Origin: Verrucomicrobiia bacterium
GTDB taxonomy: Bacteria; Verrucomicrobiota; Verrucomicrobiia; Limisphaerales; UBA1319
Reading direction: 5' to 3'
NCBI GenBank assembly: GCA_963664225.1
Contig: OY760937.1
Span: 1,216,001-1,280,000 of the forward strand
Length of the DNA: 64,000 bases
The notes below the pieces were generated by a model, which was given only the letters and a program-made list of their open reading frames with translations, was not told where the DNA came from and did no database searches. Below are positions 9,101-21,566 of this stretch, piece after piece. Each line of letters opens with the position of its first letter. Positions within the stretch are counted from its first letter, which is position 1. The translations under genes and the position numbers were made by a program.

Positions 9101-10729
9101 TTATTGGTCTTTGCTTTTGGCGGCAACCTCGGCTTCAATTTTTTCAGGCGCGAGTTTTGCGATCTCAATTTTTGGATTGGTTTGTTGGAAATAGGCGGCT
9201 GACCAATCGTTGGCGAATAATATCACCGTGTTGTCATCGCTGTCTTTGGCAATCCGGGAGCCGGTGGGTAACTGGAGATGATCGCACTGCTCGTCAGTCA
9301 TGGTGCGCGGCAGCCAGCGGATCACAGTCCAGGGTGCGGCTTCCAGCCGCGATTCGGCGCCGTACTCGGAAAGCAGTCGGAATTGGACCACCTCAAATTG
9401 CAGTGGACCGACTGCGGCGAGCAGGGGAACTTTAACGGTGGCATCCTTCAAGTGAAGGATTTGAATCACACCCTCCTGGAGCAATTGTTCCAGACCCTGA
9501 CGGAATTGTTTGTATTTTCCGGTATTCGGATTGTGCAGGTAGGAAAAACTCTCCGGCGTGAACCGTGGAATTTCCTTATAGAATATGGTGGGATCTTCGG
9601 ACAGGGTATCGCCAATGCCGAACTCATCGTGTCCTACCAGCCCGACAATATCGCCTGGGAATGCTTCATCCACGGTCTCACGGTCTCGGGCAAAAAGTTT
9701 GTGTGAATTGGACAGGCGCACTTTCTTGCCGGTGCGCGTGTGGGTGGCGGTCATGTCGCGCTCAAAACGACCGGAACAAATGCGCAGAAATGCGATGCGA
9801 TCCCGGTGTTTGGGATCCATGTTCGCCTGGATTTTAAAGATGAATCCGGAAAAAATGGGATCCTCCGGGGAGATGATTCCCTGGGTGACTTTGCGCGGAC
9901 GCGGCGCTGTGCTATATTTCAAGAAGTTGTCCAACAACATTTGAACCCCGAAATTATTTGTCGCGCTTCCGAAGAAGACCGGTGTCAATTGGCCCTCCAG
10001 AACCGCCTGGGCGTCAAATTCCGCACCGGCCAGTTCCAGCATGCCCAGTTCTTCAGTGACCTTTAGAAACACATCCTCGTCCATGCGCTGGCGCACCTCG
10101 GGATCGGTGAGCGAGGCGATGGAGACAGGCGCCCGGTAGGCGCCGCCGGCGGTGCGTTCGAAAAAGTGGGCCTGACGATTCAGCCGGTCATAGACACCCT
10201 TGAAATCCACGCCGGCTCCCAGCGGCCAATTCATGGCGAAGGATTTGATCTGGAGAACGCTCTCCAATTCATCAAGCAAGTTCAATGGCTCCCGGGTGGG
10301 TCGGTCGCATTTGTTCATGAACGTGAAGATCGGCACGTGTCTCTGACGGCAAACCTCGAAGAGTTTGAGGGTCTGGCTTTCGATGCCTTTGCCCGCGTCG
10401 ATGATCATGACAGCCGCGTCCACAGCGGTCAAAACGCGATAGGTGTCCTCGGAGAAATCCTTGTGGCCGGGAGTGTCGAGCAGGTTGATGCGGTATCCGC
10501 TGTAATCGAACTGCAAGGCGGTGGAGCTGATGGAGATTCCGCGTTTGCGTTCCAATTCCATCCAGTCCGACGTGGTGGCGCGCTCCTGCTTTCGGGCGGA
10601 GACGGAACCCGCCAGCTGCACGGCGCCGCCGTACAGAAGCAGCTTCTCAGTCATCGTCGTCTTGCCCGCATCCGGGTGAGAGATGATGGCAAAAGTGCGG
10701 CGCTTTTCTATTTCGTTTTGAATATTCAC
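9101..10729 (-). CDS. prfC: Peptide chain release factor 3
   Basis: RRTFAIISHPDAGKTT, DTPGHKDFSEDT and FKIQANMDPKHRDR; GTG start at 10729 inferred. Confidence 0.95.
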   Translation of the reverse strand: MNIQNEIEKRRTFAIISHPDAGKTTMTEKLLLYGGAVQLAGSVSARKQERATTSDWMELERKRGISISSTALQFDYSGYRINLLDTPGHKDFSEDTYRVLTAVDAAVMIIDAGKGIESQTLKLFEVCRQRHVPIFTFMNKCDRPTREPLNLLDELESVLQIKSFAMNWPLGAGVDFKGVYDRLNRQAHFFERTAGGAYRAPVSIASLTDPEVRQRMDEDVFLKVTEELGMLELAGAEFDAQAVLEGQLTPVFFGSATNNFGVQMLLDNFLKYSTAPRPRKVTQGIISPEDPIFSGFIFKIQANMDPKHRDRIAFLRICSGRFERDMTATHTRTGKKVRLSNSHKLFARDRETVDEAFPGDIVGLVGHDEFGIGDTLSEDPTIFYKEIPRFTPESFSYLHNPNTGKYKQFRQGLEQLLQEGVIQILHLKDATVKVPLLAAVGPLQFEVVQFRLLSEYGAESRLEAAPWTVIRWLPRTMTDEQCDHLQLPTGSRIAKDSDDNTVILFANDWSAAYFQQTNPKIEIAKLAPEKIEAEVAAKSKDQ

Positions 10730-11015
10730 AGCAAAAACCAATGTATCAAAGAACGGGCAGTTTAACCGACGCGGGCCGCAGCGCAAGCGGGCATTCTTGC
10801 CGATGAAAAAGTTCCCAACCAATGAAAGCCGCAATGATGCAAAGTATTAGCGCAGGTGCTTCCTTATGCAGGAAGGAGGTTGAATGAAAAATTCTTATTT
10901 AAAAATATTTGGCTCGTGGATGCAAATTTAGTTGCTCCACAGCGGGAATGAATTTAGAGAATAGCGAGATACCCTTAAACGGGTGATGTGGACCGAGCAA
11001 TCGCGGTGTGTAAAC

Positions 11016-14000
11016 ATGATAAGCAACGAGAAGCAATCGACGGAACCGGAACAGCGACGGACGAACAAGGCGCCTGGCAAGCAGGGGCTATACGATCCGC
11101 AGTTCGAACATGATGCCTGCGGCGTGGGATTCGTGGTGCACGCCAAGGGCGTGAAGTCACATTCCATTGTCAAACAGGCTTTGACGGTGTTGACCAATTT
11201 ACGTCACCGCGGCGCGTGCGGCTGTGAGAATAACACCGGTGATGGCGCAGGCATTCTGATGCAGATGCCCCATGAGTTTTTGAAGGGGGCGTGCTCGGAA
11301 GTGGGGATCAACCTGCCTGAATACAAGCAGTATGGGACTGGATTGGTATTTCTTCCTGTTGAGGCCAAGGCTCAGGCAAAATGCCGCAAAATAATGGGGG
11401 ATATCGTTGCTGACGAAGGGCAAACGCTGATCGGGTGGCGTATCGTGCCGGTCAATAACGCCTCTTTGGGACAGACTGCGAGGGATTGCGAGCCGGTATT
11501 CGAGCAGGTATTCGTGGGCCGGAATCCAGACATCAAGGACGACCTCGCGTTCGAGCGGAAACTTTACGTGATTCGGCGACGGGCTGAAAATGCCCTTCGT
11601 TACGGCGGTATGGAAGGCTGCGATGAGTTTTACATGCCCAGCCTTTCGTATAAAACATTGATATACAAGGGCATGCTCATGGCCGAACAGCTTGAGGATT
11701 ATTTCCCGGAGCTGATGGACCCGGCAATGGAGAGCGCGCTGGCCCTGGTGCATTCCCGCTTCAGCACGAACACGTTCCCCAGTTGGGCGCGCGCGCATCC
11801 TTATCGTTATTGCGCGCATAATGGCGAAATCAACACCCTGCGCGGCAACATCAACTGGATGCATGCCCGTCAGGCGATGCTTAAATCCGACCTGTTTGGT
11901 GAGGATTTGAAGAAGCTTTTGCCGGTCGTCTGCACCGATGGAAGCGATTCGGCCATGTTCGACAACTGCCTTGAATTCCTCGTCCTCTCAGGCCGGTCGT
12001 TGCCGCACGCCATCATGATGATGATTCCCGAGCCGTGGTCCAATCACGAAACCATGAGCGAGGACAAGAAGGCCTTCTACGAGTTCCACAGTTGTTTGAT
12101 GGAGCCTTGGGATGGTCCGGCGTCCATTGCGTTTACGGATGGTGTCAAGATCGGTGCGGTATTGGATCGCAATGGATTGCGCCCGTCACGTTATTACGTC
12201 ACCAAGGACGATCTGGTGATCATGGCTTCGGAAGTGGGAGTTCTGGACATACCGGCCGAGCGGATTTTGCTTAAAGGCCGTCTGCAGCCCGGCCGTATGT
12301 TCCTGGTGGACACTGAAGAGGGCCGGATCATTGCCGATGAAGAATTAAAGGGCCAGATGGCGGTCGAAAAACCGTACAAGGAATGGCTGAAAAAGCATCT
12401 GGTGCCCCTTGAGAAATTGCCCCCGGCGGCTGGGATGGTGGAACCGGGGCATGACTCAGTGCTGCAGCGTCAGCAGGCCTTTGGATATTCCTATGAAGAC
12501 CTGCGCATTCTCATGTCCCCAATGGCGCGCACGGGTGTGGAGGCTTTGGGCGCCATGGGTAACGACACGCCGCTGGCCGTGTTGTCCAACCGGCCGCGGT
12601 CGCTTTACGATTACTTTAAGCAATTGTTTGCCCAGGTCACCAATCCGCCGATTGACGCGATTCGCGAGGAACTCGTCACTTCCACGCTGACCACCATTGG
12701 TTCGGAGCGAAATTTGATCGATCCGGTGGCTGAGAGTTGTCACTTGATCAAGCTCAAGTATCCGGTGCTCTCGAATGAGGAATTCGCGCGGCTGGCACAT
12801 ATCAGCCAGCCTGGATTCAAAGCCGCAACGATTCCGATCCTGTTCAAGGCTGCCGAGGGTGGCGAGGGAATGGCCAGTGCAATGGAGGAGATTTATCTCC
12901 AGGCGGATCGCGCCATCAAGGACGGGGCAAACATCCTGATTCTCTCGGATCGGGGGATGAACCGTGAAATGGCCTCGATTCCCGCGTTGCTGGCGGTGGC
13001 GGGCTTGCACCATCATCTCATCCGTAATGAAACACGCACCCGCACCGGGCTTTTGCTGGAGTCGGGCGAACCGCGCGAACCGCACCATTTTTCGCTGTTG
13101 ATCGGCTACGGCGTTGGCGCCATCAATCCGTATCTCGCCTTTGAAACACTTGATGACATGATCCGCGAAGGGATGCTTCCGGGCCTCAAGCACGAGGACG
13201 CCGTCAAGAATTACATCAAGGCGGTCGTCAAGGGAGTCATTAAATCGACTTCCAAAATGGGCATCTCCACTATTCAGAGCTACCGTGGCGCGCAAATCTT
13301 CGAAGCCATCGGCCTGAATCACACGGTCGTGGACAAGTATTTCACGGGAACACCATCACGCATTGAAGGGGTTGATTTGGGCACGATTGCCAGGGAGGTC
13401 CTGATCCGTCACGAACAGGCGTTTCCAGCGCGTCCCATGGAGAATAACGCACTGGATGCGGGCGGTCAGTACCAGTGGCGCAGCGATGGCGAATACCATC
13501 TTTTCAATCCAGACACGATTTATAAGCTCCAACTGGCTTGCCGGACCAACAGCGCTCAAATGTTCAAGGAATACTCCAGCCTGGTGAACGATCAGGCGAA
13601 GCATCTTTGCACATTGCGCGGTTTGTTTGGATTCAAATTCGCCCCACATCCGGTTCCCTTGGAAGAGGTGGAGCCGGTCGAGGCCATTATGAAACGGTTC
13701 AAAACCGGGGCGATGTCCTACGGTTCGATCAGCAAGGAAGCGCATGAAACGCTCGCCATTGCGATGAACCGTATCGGTGGCAGGAGCAACACCGGCGAAG
13801 GCGGCGAAGACCCGAAACGCTATCTGCCGCAATCCAATGGGGATTCTCTTAACAGTGCCATCAAACAAGTGGCTTCCGGTCGGTTTGGTGTGACCAGCCT
13901 CTACCTCGTCAACGCCAGGGAACTGCAGATCAAGATGGCCCAGGGCGCCAAACCGGGCGAAGGCGGTCAATTGCCGGGGCAAAAGGTATATCCTTGGATT

Positions 14001-15653
14001 GCCAAAGTGCGGCATTCCACACCGGGCGTGGGTTTGATTTCCCCGCCGCCGCATCATGATATTTATTCGATCGAGGATCTGGCTGAATTGATCCATGACC
14101 TGAAGAACGCCAACATGGGCGCGCGCATTAACGTCAAGCTCGTCGCCGAGGTTGGTGTGGGCACGGTCGCCGCAGGCGTGGCCAAAGCGCATGCGGATGT
14201 GGTCCTGATCAGCGGCCATGACGGCGGCACGGGCGCGTCCCCGCTGGCCAGCATCAAACACGCGGGCATCCCGTGGGAATTGGGTCTGGCGGAAACCCAT
14301 CAGACCCTGTTACTGAACAATCTGCGCAGCCGCATTGTGGTGGAAACCGATGGCCAGTTAAAAACAGGCCGGGATGTGGTCATCGCCTGCCTGCTGGGCG
14401 CGGAGGAATTTGGTTTCGCCACGGCCCCGCTGGTCGTCTTGGGATGCATCATGATGCGGGTATGTCATTTGAACACCTGCCCGGTGGGGGTGGCCACGCA
14501 GGACGAACATCTGCGCAAGAATTTCAACGGCAAAGCCGAGTATGTCGTGAATTTTATGCGTTTTATCGCTCAGGAAATGCGGGAATTGATGGCGCAGCTT
14601 GGCTTTAGGACAATCAACGAGATGGTCGGCCATCTCGAATGCCTCGAAGTCAAAAAGGCTGTCGATCACTGGAAGGCCAAGGGCCTTGATTTTAGCAAAG
14701 TTCTGCACCAGCCCATCGTGGGTCCCGAAGTGGGAACCTATTGCCAGATCCGTCAGGATCATGGTTTGGATAAATCGATGGATCAGCAGTTTCTGCTCAA
14801 GCTCTGCGCTCCCGCCCTGGAAAAGGGCGAACCGGTGCGCGCGGTTCTGCCCATTCGCAACAGTAACCGGGTGGTCGGCACGATTCTCGGCAGCGAGGTC
14901 ACCCGCCGGTATGGTGCTGCCGGCCTGCCGCAGGACACGATCCGGCTGCATTTCAAGGGTTCGGCCGGACAGAGTTTCGGCGCCTTTGTGCCCAACGGAG
15001 TCACGATGATTCTCGAGGGTGATGGCAACGACTATGTCGGCAAGGGCTTGTCGGGCGGTAAAATCATTCTTTATCCGCCGCAAGGATCCACGTTTTTACC
15101 GGAAGAGAATATCATTGCCGGAAATGTGGCACTGTATGGCGCAACCAGCGGTGAGGCTTACATCGGAGGCATGGCGGGCGAACGCTTTGGCGTGCGTAAC
15201 AGCGGCGTCCATGCCGTCGTGGAGGCCGTGGGCGATCACGGCTGCGAGTATATGACCGGTGGCCGCGTCGTGGTACTTGGTATGACCGGTCGAAATTTTG
15301 CAGCCGGCATGTCGGGCGGTGTGGCCTATGTCCTGGACGAAGTCGGTGATTTCAGCAGCCGCTGCAACCTGCAGATGGTGGGGCTGGATCGCATTCAAAC
15401 CCCGCAGGAAGCCGAAGAAGTGCGGCAATTGATCCAGCATCACGCCGAATACACGAAGAGCCAGAAGGCGTGGAGGATTTTGGCGCTCTGGGAGGAGTAT
15501 GTTCCAAAATTCGTCAAGGTCATGCCCAACGATTACAAACGGGTTCTGGAGACTTTGCAAAAGGTCAAGGAAAGCGGCTTAACCGGTGATGAGGCTGAGA
15601 TGGAAGCTTTCAAGGTCAACGCCAAAGACCTGGCTCGAGTGGGTGGCAGCTAG
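11016..15653 (+). CDS. gltB: Glutamate synthase large subunit
   Basis: [32 protein letters not shown] and GXGXG domain. Confidence 0.97.
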   Translation: MISNEKQSTEPEQRRTNKAPGKQGLYDPQFEHDACGVGFVVHAKGVKSHSIVKQALTVLTNLRHRGACGCENNTGDGAGILMQMPHEFLKGACSEVGINLPEYKQYGTGLVFLPVEAKAQAKCRKIMGDIVADEGQTLIGWRIVPVNNASLGQTARDCEPVFEQVFVGRNPDIKDDLAFERKLYVIRRRAENALRYGGMEGCDEFYMPSLSYKTLIYKGMLMAEQLEDYFPELMDPAMESALALVHSRFSTNTFPSWARAHPYRYCAHNGEINTLRGNINWMHARQAMLKSDLFGEDLKKLLPVVCTDGSDSAMFDNCLEFLVLSGRSLPHAIMMMIPEPWSNHETMSEDKKAFYEFHSCLMEPWDGPASIAFTDGVKIGAVLDRNGLRPSRYYVTKDDLVIMASEVGVLDIPAERILLKGRLQPGRMFLVDTEEGRIIADEELKGQMAVEKPYKEWLKKHLVPLEKLPPAAGMVEPGHDSVLQRQQAFGYSYEDLRILMSPMARTGVEALGAMGNDTPLAVLSNRPRSLYDYFKQLFAQVTNPPIDAIREELVTSTLTTIGSERNLIDPVAESCHLIKLKYPVLSNEEFARLAHISQPGFKAATIPILFKAAEGGEGMASAMEEIYLQADRAIKDGANILILSDRGMNREMASIPALLAVAGLHHHLIRNETRTRTGLLLESGEPREPHHFSLLIGYGVGAINPYLAFETLDDMIREGMLPGLKHEDAVKNYIKAVVKGVIKSTSKMGISTIQSYRGAQIFEAIGLNHTVVDKYFTGTPSRIEGVDLGTIAREVLIRHEQAFPARPMENNALDAGGQYQWRSDGEYHLFNPDTIYKLQLACRTNSAQMFKEYSSLVNDQAKHLCTLRGLFGFKFAPHPVPLEEVEPVEAIMKRFKTGAMSYGSISKEAHETLAIAMNRIGGRSNTGEGGEDPKRYLPQSNGDSLNSAIKQVASGRFGVTSLYLVNARELQIKMAQGAKPGEGGQLPGQKVYPWIAKVRHSTPGVGLISPPPHHDIYSIEDLAELIHDLKNANMGARINVKLVAEVGVGTVAAGVAKAHADVVLISGHDGGTGASPLASIKHAGIPWELGLAETHQTLLLNNLRSRIVVETDGQLKTGRDVVIACLLGAEEFGFATAPLVVLGCIMMRVCHLNTCPVGVATQDEHLRKNFNGKAEYVVNFMRFIAQEMRELMAQLGFRTINEMVGHLECLEVKKAVDHWKAKGLDFSKVLHQPIVGPEVGTYCQIRQDHGLDKSMDQQFLLKLCAPALEKGEPVRAVLPIRNSNRVVGTILGSEVTRRYGAAGLPQDTIRLHFKGSAGQSFGAFVPNGVTMILEGDGNDYVGKGLSGGKIILYPPQGSTFLPEENIIAGNVALYGATSGEAYIGGMAGERFGVRNSGVHAVVEAVGDHGCEYMTGGRVVVLGMTGRNFAAGMSGGVAYVLDEVGDFSSRCNLQMVGLDRIQTPQEAEEVRQLIQHHAEYTKSQKAWRILALWEEYVPKFVKVMPNDYKRVLETLQKVKESGLTGDEAEMEAFKVNAKDLARVGGS

Positions 15654-15689
15654 AGAAATGCTGAAAAACTTTATTATTGGAGAATTGAA

Positions 15690-17171
15690 ATGGGAAAGCC
15701 GACAGGATTTTTAGAGTATTTTCGCGAGGTGCCCGCGGATCGTGCGCCTCAGGAGCGCATCCGCGATTGGAAGGAATATCACCTGCACATGCCCGAGGAC
15801 GATCTGCGCAAACAAGGCGCCCGTTGCATGGATTGCGGGACGCCGTTCTGCCATACGGGCATGCTGCTGGCGGGCATGGCTTCGGGCTGCCCCATCAATA
15901 ACCTCATTCCTGAGTGGAATGACCTGGTTTTTCGCGGCCTGTGGCGGGAGGCTCTGGATCGGCTCCACAAAACGAATAACTTCCCCGAGTTCACCGGTCG
16001 GGTGTGTCCGGCTCCCTGCGAGGGCGCCTGCAATCTGGGTTTGATCGAAAAGCCGGTGACGATCAAAAACATCGAGTGTTCGATCATCGACAGGGCTTTT
16101 GCCGAAGGCTGGGTTCAATCGGAAACGCCGATTAAAAGAACAGGCAGGAAAGTCGCCGTGGTGGGTTCCGGCCCGGCGGGCCTGGCCTGCGCCGAGCAAT
16201 TGAACAAGGCGGGTCATCAAGTCACCGTTTTTGAACGCGCGGATCGTATTGGCGGTTTGCTCATGTACGGCATTCCGAACATGAAACTGGACAAAGCCGT
16301 CGTGCAGCGCCGGGTCGATCTGATGGCGAAGGCGGGTATTGAATTCGTCACAAAGACAGAGGTCGGCGGGAATTATCCGGCCGAGAATTTGTTAAAGCAA
16401 TTCGATGCCGCCGTTTTGTGCGGTGGAGCGACCAAGCCGCGTGATTTGAACGTGGAGGGCCGACATCTCAAGGGCGTCCATTTTGCAATGGAATTTCTCA
16501 CCGCCAATACCAGGAGTCTGTTGGATGGGGGACAGTTCAATCCACCCATCTCCGCAACTGGCAAAAATGTGGTCGTGATTGGTGGCGGCGACACCGGCAC
16601 GGACTGCGTGGGAACCTCGATGCGCCATGGATGCCGCAGTCTGGTTCAGTTGGAGATCATGCCTCAGCCGCCCATGGAACGGACGAAGGACAATCCGTGG
16701 CCGCAATGGCCCAAGGTCTATAAAATGGATTATGGCCAGGAAGAAGCCGCTGCGGCCTATGGAGCCGATCCGAGGGTTTATCTGGTGACCACCAAGAAAT
16801 TCTTGGGAGACGAATCCGGGGCTGTCACCGGTGTTCAAACCGTTCTTGTGCAGTGGATCAAGGATGACAAGGGCCGGTTTATGCCCAAGGAAGTTGCGGG
16901 CAGTGAAAAGGTCATTCCGGCGGAGTTGGTGCTTCTGGCAATGGGTTTTCTGGGGCCTGAAGACACGCTGCTCCAGCCCCTGGGAATCATCCGTGATGAG
17001 CGTTCGAACGCGAAGGCGGCTCACGGTAAGTTCGCAACGAATTTGAAGGGCATTTTTGCGGCGGGCGACATGCGGCGTGGTCAGAGCCTTGTGGTCTGGG
17101 CGATCAACGAGGGTCGCGGCGCTGCCAGGGAATGCGATCGTTTTCTCATGGGTGGCACGCAATTGCCATAG
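15690..17171 (+). CDS. gltD: Glutamate synthase small subunit
   Basis: MGKPTGF, RCMDCG, GSGPAG and [11 protein letters not shown]. Confidence 0.96.
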   Translation: MGKPTGFLEYFREVPADRAPQERIRDWKEYHLHMPEDDLRKQGARCMDCGTPFCHTGMLLAGMASGCPINNLIPEWNDLVFRGLWREALDRLHKTNNFPEFTGRVCPAPCEGACNLGLIEKPVTIKNIECSIIDRAFAEGWVQSETPIKRTGRKVAVVGSGPAGLACAEQLNKAGHQVTVFERADRIGGLLMYGIPNMKLDKAVVQRRVDLMAKAGIEFVTKTEVGGNYPAENLLKQFDAAVLCGGATKPRDLNVEGRHLKGVHFAMEFLTANTRSLLDGGQFNPPISATGKNVVVIGGGDTGTDCVGTSMRHGCRSLVQLEIMPQPPMERTKDNPWPQWPKVYKMDYGQEEAAAAYGADPRVYLVTTKKFLGDESGAVTGVQTVLVQWIKDDKGRFMPKEVAGSEKVIPAELVLLAMGFLGPEDTLLQPLGIIRDERSNAKAAHGKFATNLKGIFAAGDMRRGQSLVVWAINEGRGAARECDRFLMGGTQLP

Positions 17172-17184
17172 CCAGAAAGTGCGG

Positions 17185-17212
17185 GGCCGCCGCTTTGAAG
17201 GGAGGCGGCCTT
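17185..17212 (+). terminator. Hairpin after gltD
   Basis: GGCCGCC...GGCGGCC stem with a weak T-tail. Confidence 0.35.
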
Positions 17213-17312
17213 GAATTGTCAGCGTCCGGTTGAAGAATTCTTTTTTAACGCCGGACGCTTTTCTTTTGCAAATGGCCATGACATTGGTTGGGCGTCTTCG
17301 TATAATTTGGAC

Positions 17313-18203
17313 ATGCTATTCCAGAAAATCACCCTGATTGGAGTTGGGTTGCTGGGCGGTTCACTGGGACTTGCGGTGAAGCAGAAAGGCCTGGCGGAAA
17401 AAATCGATGGGTATGTGCGCCGCACGGCCAGTATTGCGGAGTGTATCAGCATGGGTGTGGTGGACCATGCCACGCGGGATTTGCAGCGAGCCGTCGAAAA
17501 CGCCGATCTGGTCGTCCTTTGCACACCGATTTCCCGAATGCGGGCGCTGGTTGAGCAAATGTTGCCGGCGCTCAAACAGGGCGCCATCGTCACGGATGTG
17601 GGCAGTGTGAAAGAATCAGTGGAAGAGGAGTTGGAACCCATCGTAAACCGGACCGGAGCCCATTTTGTCGGAAGTCATCCAATGGCCGGTGCGGAAAAGA
17701 TCGGGGTCAGCGCGGCGCGTGTCGACTTGTTTGAGGGATGTCACTGCGTGGTGACGCCCACGAAGCACTCGGATGCCGGGGCCGTGGACAAGGTGGAATT
17801 ATTCTGGCAATGCGTGGGCGCGCGCGTTTTGCGACTCTCACCCGGGGCTCATGATGAATTGGTGAGTCGGTCGAGTCATTTGCCCCACATCGTTGCTGCG
17901 GAATTGGCCAATTATGTCTTAAGTCCGGCCCATCCCAAAGAGCAGGCGCTGGTCTGCGCATCCGGCTTTCGGGATACAACCCGCATTGCCTCGGGTTCAC
18001 CGGAGATGTGGAAGGATATTGCCTTGGGCAATCGCGCCAATTTATCCCGCGCGCTGAGAGTGTTCATTGACGATTTGGAGGAGTTTCAAATTGCGCTCGC
18101 CAATCAGGATGAGGCTTCAATTCTGGAATTTTTTGAGAAGGCAAAGTCGCGCCGCGATCACTGGGTCGGTCGCAACGAGCCTTCCTCGGGAGAAACGGTC
18201 TAG
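17313..18203 (+). CDS. tyrA: Prephenate/arogenate dehydrogenase
   Basis: GVGLLGGS Rossmann motif, DVGSVK, HPMAG, SHLPH and GFRDTTRIA. Confidence 0.92.
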   Translation: MLFQKITLIGVGLLGGSLGLAVKQKGLAEKIDGYVRRTASIAECISMGVVDHATRDLQRAVENADLVVLCTPISRMRALVEQMLPALKQGAIVTDVGSVKESVEEELEPIVNRTGAHFVGSHPMAGAEKIGVSAARVDLFEGCHCVVTPTKHSDAGAVDKVELFWQCVGARVLRLSPGAHDELVSRSSHLPHIVAAELANYVLSPAHPKEQALVCASGFRDTTRIASGSPEMWKDIALGNRANLSRALRVFIDDLEEFQIALANQDEASILEFFEKAKSRRDHWVGRNEPSSGETV

Positions 18204-18208
18204 CCATC

Positions 18209-19525
18209 ATGGGACTGCCTGACGTCATTTCAATCCATCCGCCATCCCGTCCGGTCACAGCCGGCATTAGTGTCCCCGGCTCCAAAAGCATCACGAACCG
18301 GGCATTGATTCTGGCGGCGCTGGCTTCCGGACGCACCGTGTTAAGGGGTGCGCTTTGGAGCGATGATACGCAGGTGATGGTGGATTGCCTCCGAATCCTG
18401 GGGTTTGGAATTCAGGTTGAACCGGATTCTCTCGTGGCCTGCAATCGCACCATCGTCATTGATGGCTTGGCGGGACGGGTTCCACCGGGCGGCACACGGG
18501 AGAAACCCGTTGAATTATTTGTTGGAAACGCAGGCACCGCGGCCCGTTTTTTGGCGGCCATGCTTTGTCTCGGATCTGGAGTTTACAGATTGCATGGCGT
18601 GGCCCGGATGCATGAGCGTCCGCAAAAGGCTTTGTTCGAAGCCTTGCGCCAGTTGGGCTATCGCATCGAATCAACCCAGGACAAACTCCCGGCATTGATT
18701 CACGGTGCGGGACCGCTTCCCGGAGATTGTTCGGTCAGTGTGATGGAGAGTTCTCAATTCGCATCAGCCCTTTATCTGGCATCGGAAAACGGCCATTGGC
18801 GGGTGAAAACGACTGGGGATAATGACGAGGAATCGCGCTATGTCACGATGACCACGCAAATGTTGAAAAGCTTTCCACGCGCAGGCGGAGATTTTGTGGT
18901 GGAACCGGATGCCTCCAGTGGCAGCTATTTTCAGGCGGCCCATATCTTGATGAATTTGGCGGGCCTTTCGCGGAATGAGAACACGGTCTTGGAAGACGCC
19001 CCTTTCTCGGATATCCATGTGGCACAATGGCCGGTTTCGGGCTGGCAGATTGACGCGGCTTTTGCAAATTTCTGGCCTCTCCCGGACCATGTCTCCCGCC
19101 AGCGCGACTTGGGCGACAGCATTTTGACGGCGATGATTTTGGCGCCCTTTGGATCCAAGGTGACGCGCTTTGAGGATCTGGGACGCCTTCGCGTGCAGGA
19201 ATGCGAAAGGGTTGCCGCCATGCGCACGGAATTGACGCGTTGTGGCGCGCGCGTGGAGGAGGCCGGTGATACGCTGTCCGTCTGGCCATCCAAAATGCAC
19301 GGAGCGCAAGTCGAAACCTATGGGGATCATCGCATGGCCATGTGCTTTGCCACACTGGGATTGGTGGTTCCGGGTATGCGCATCCTTGATCCCGCCTGCG
19401 TGAAGAAGACGTTTCCCAACTTTTTTCAGATACTCGCCTGCAAGCCGCCCAGCGGATTGGGCGCAACAATTTTCAACGCTCGAACGGGCCTGATATTGTC
19501 AGAGGAAGATTTATTTGCTCAATAA
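18209..19525 (+). CDS. aroA: 3-phosphoshikimate 1-carboxyvinyltransferase
   Basis: PGSKSITNR, GNAGTAARF, SSQF, DHRMAM and KTFP. Confidence 0.92.
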   Translation: MGLPDVISIHPPSRPVTAGISVPGSKSITNRALILAALASGRTVLRGALWSDDTQVMVDCLRILGFGIQVEPDSLVACNRTIVIDGLAGRVPPGGTREKPVELFVGNAGTAARFLAAMLCLGSGVYRLHGVARMHERPQKALFEALRQLGYRIESTQDKLPALIHGAGPLPGDCSVSVMESSQFASALYLASENGHWRVKTTGDNDEESRYVTMTTQMLKSFPRAGGDFVVEPDASSGSYFQAAHILMNLAGLSRNENTVLEDAPFSDIHVAQWPVSGWQIDAAFANFWPLPDHVSRQRDLGDSILTAMILAPFGSKVTRFEDLGRLRVQECERVAAMRTELTRCGARVEEAGDTLSVWPSKMHGAQVETYGDHRMAMCFATLGLVVPGMRILDPACVKKTFPNFFQILACKPPSGLGATIFNARTGLILSEEDLFAQ

Positions 19526-19526
19526 C

Positions 19527-20189
19527 ATGCAAGAACCGATTGTGATTGCCATCGATGGCACCAGTGCCAGCGGCAAGAGCACCAATGCGAAATTGGTGGC
19601 TGCCGCCATGGGTTTCACCTATGTGGATACGGGGGCGATGTATCGCACCCTGGCTTGGTATTGTTTGAAGAACAATATCAGTGTCGATGATGGCCAGGCG
19701 GTCGCCAATGCTTGTCGGCGTTGGAAGACCAAACTGGTTTGCGAGGCTAGGCAGGTGAGACTTTTGGTCGATGGCTACTATCCGGCAACCGAAATCCGGA
19801 CCTCCGAAACGAGCGCCGCCGTGGCTCGAGTGGCCGCAGTTCCCAAGGTGCGGGAGTGGATGAAGAAGAAGCAGCGCGAATGCGCTCTCTTCGGCGATCT
19901 GGTGATGGAAGGCCGGGATATTGGTTCCAATGTGTTTCCCGAAACCGATTATAAATTCTACCTCGATGCAACCTTGGGTGAACGTTCCAGACGGCGCGAA
20001 GCCGAAGGCGTGCTTGAAAATCTGGCCGAACGCGATAAACGGGACAGTCAACGGGCGACCGCTCCATTAATGATCCCGCTGGGGGCCATGGTGATCAATA
20101 ACTCCGACATGACTTCGGAGCAAACGAGCGCATTGATCATTGCCGAGATGAAACGTCGGTTGACCGCGGAGGGAGGCCGCTCCCGGTGA
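19527..20189 (+). CDS. cmk: Cytidylate kinase
   Basis: AIDGTSASGKST, DTGAMYR and EGRDIG. Confidence 0.92.
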   Translation: MQEPIVIAIDGTSASGKSTNAKLVAAAMGFTYVDTGAMYRTLAWYCLKNNISVDDGQAVANACRRWKTKLVCEARQVRLLVDGYYPATEIRTSETSAAVARVAAVPKVREWMKKKQRECALFGDLVMEGRDIGSNVFPETDYKFYLDATLGERSRRREAEGVLENLAERDKRDSQRATAPLMIPLGAMVINNSDMTSEQTSALIIAEMKRRLTAEGGRSR

Positions 20190-20836
20190 GTAGGGGCATG
20201 AACTTGAGTTACACGATCGGGTGGCATTGCTTTCGCGCCATTTTGCTCGTGTACTTTCGATGGAAAACATACAACTATGAGCGTGTTCCGCTAACCGGTC
20301 CGGTCATTCTCGCCTCCAGCCACACCAGTTTTCTCGATCCACCCCTGGTGGGGGTGGCCATTCACCGGACCATCAATTATCTCGCTCGCGAGTCCCTCTT
20401 CCGATTTCCGATCATGGGGTGGGTATTGCGTTCGTGGAGTTGCGTTCCGGTGAATCGGGAAGGTGGAGGCGCTTCCGGTCTTAGGGCGATTCTGGATCGC
20501 CTGCACCGCGGAGGAGCTATTTTACTGTTTCCTGAAGGCACCCGATCCCCTGATGGAAAGCTGCAACAGGCCCGTGCCGGCGTGGGTTTAACGGTCATCA
20601 AATCCAGCGCTCCAGTCATTCCTGTGCGGGTGTTTGGCACTTATGAGGCGTATGGCAGGCATATGGTAATTCCCAGGCCCTACCGGGTCGCCGTCAAATA
20701 TGGCCACCCATTGGATTTCAAGGCCCTTCGGGCGGAAGCGGCGGTATGCGATAAACCGCGTTTAAAGGCGATTCACCAACAGGTGGCCGATGAAATCATG
20801 GCGGCGATCGCCGCCTTGCAGCCCGGATGGGATTGA
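20186..20836 (+). CDS. plsC: 1-acyl-sn-glycerol-3-phosphate acyltransferase
   Basis: HTSFLD and FPEGTR acyltransferase motifs. Confidence 0.85.
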   Translation: MSRGMNLSYTIGWHCFRAILLVYFRWKTYNYERVPLTGPVILASSHTSFLDPPLVGVAIHRTINYLARESLFRFPIMGWVLRSWSCVPVNREGGGASGLRAILDRLHRGGAILLFPEGTRSPDGKLQQARAGVGLTVIKSSAPVIPVRVFGTYEAYGRHMVIPRPYRVAVKYGHPLDFKALRAEAAVCDKPRLKAIHQQVADEIMAAIAALQPGWD

Positions 20837-20925
20837 CTGGAGCTGCTCCAAATAGAGGTTCAAGCAGGGCGTGCAGTCAGCCGCCGTCCGTGATCAGGAC
20901 GCACATCAATGCGGTCCTTTGTATG

Positions 20926-21545
20926 ATCGGGTCGGGTGCCAGGGATTTCGCCCCGGCACCCTCCCACACCACCGGACGTGCGGTTTTCTCGCATCCGGCG
21001 GTTGGAACATTCAGAGTTCTTCCTTCCCAGTCGTGCAGACATGTGACCCCGGAATACTTCGACGGGTTGGGCGCTTCCAGCGTTGGGCCCGCCGTTTGCC
21101 AGTGCCAGGATGGTAACCGTAATTGTTGCGTCCTGTTGCTTCATTCCATCACTCGTCCTCATGTCCAACGCCTTGGTTGGCTCCGTTTGTTCCTTCGGCC
21201 CTTCGCTCCTCCCGGCTTTCACCGGGCCTCATCACTACTATGGCCTCTGCTGACTTCTGTCCCGCTCTCACGGGACAGATCTCTCTGGGTCGGTATTGAC
21301 TCTGTCGGCGCGCGCCGCCGGGCTCTACCTGATGCGTTTGGATGACCTTTGGGTTTCGCCGTTACTCGCCAGCTAACCCACGCACCCGGCCTCACTGCCC
21401 GTTCGTGTTCCTACGGTCGCGCCTTTGCTCTCGGCCCTTTCGCGTCCGACCCTCGCGGATCGAACCTGGCCTACCGCTACGGTTGGCGTCACCGCCCCCG
21501 TTGGGCTCCTTTCATCCCAATAGATCCAATACCTGCCAGACACAC
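20926..21545 (-). mobile_element. Group II intron, class C (IIC), ORF-less, 620 nt
   Basis: Minus strand starts GTGTG at 21545. Domain V ACCGCCGGATGCG-AGAAAAC-CGCACGTCCGGTGGT (21002-20968) has a CGC triad. Domain VI GGGTGCCGGGG..CCCTGGCACCC ends CCCGAT at 20926. A hairpin lies 4 nt upstream of the 5' splice site. No RT ORF inside. Confidence 0.88.
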
Positions 21546-21566
21546 GAGTCCCGGCTTCAGCCGGGG
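21546..21566. repeat. REP-like palindrome (intron target)
   Basis: GAGT-CCCGGCT-TC-AGCCGGG-G. Confidence 0.6.

Noticed and set aside
10905..10930. Possible sigma-54 promoter upstream of gltB (TGGC...TGCA)
   Set aside because: GG-GC spacing is 9 nt rather than the required 10
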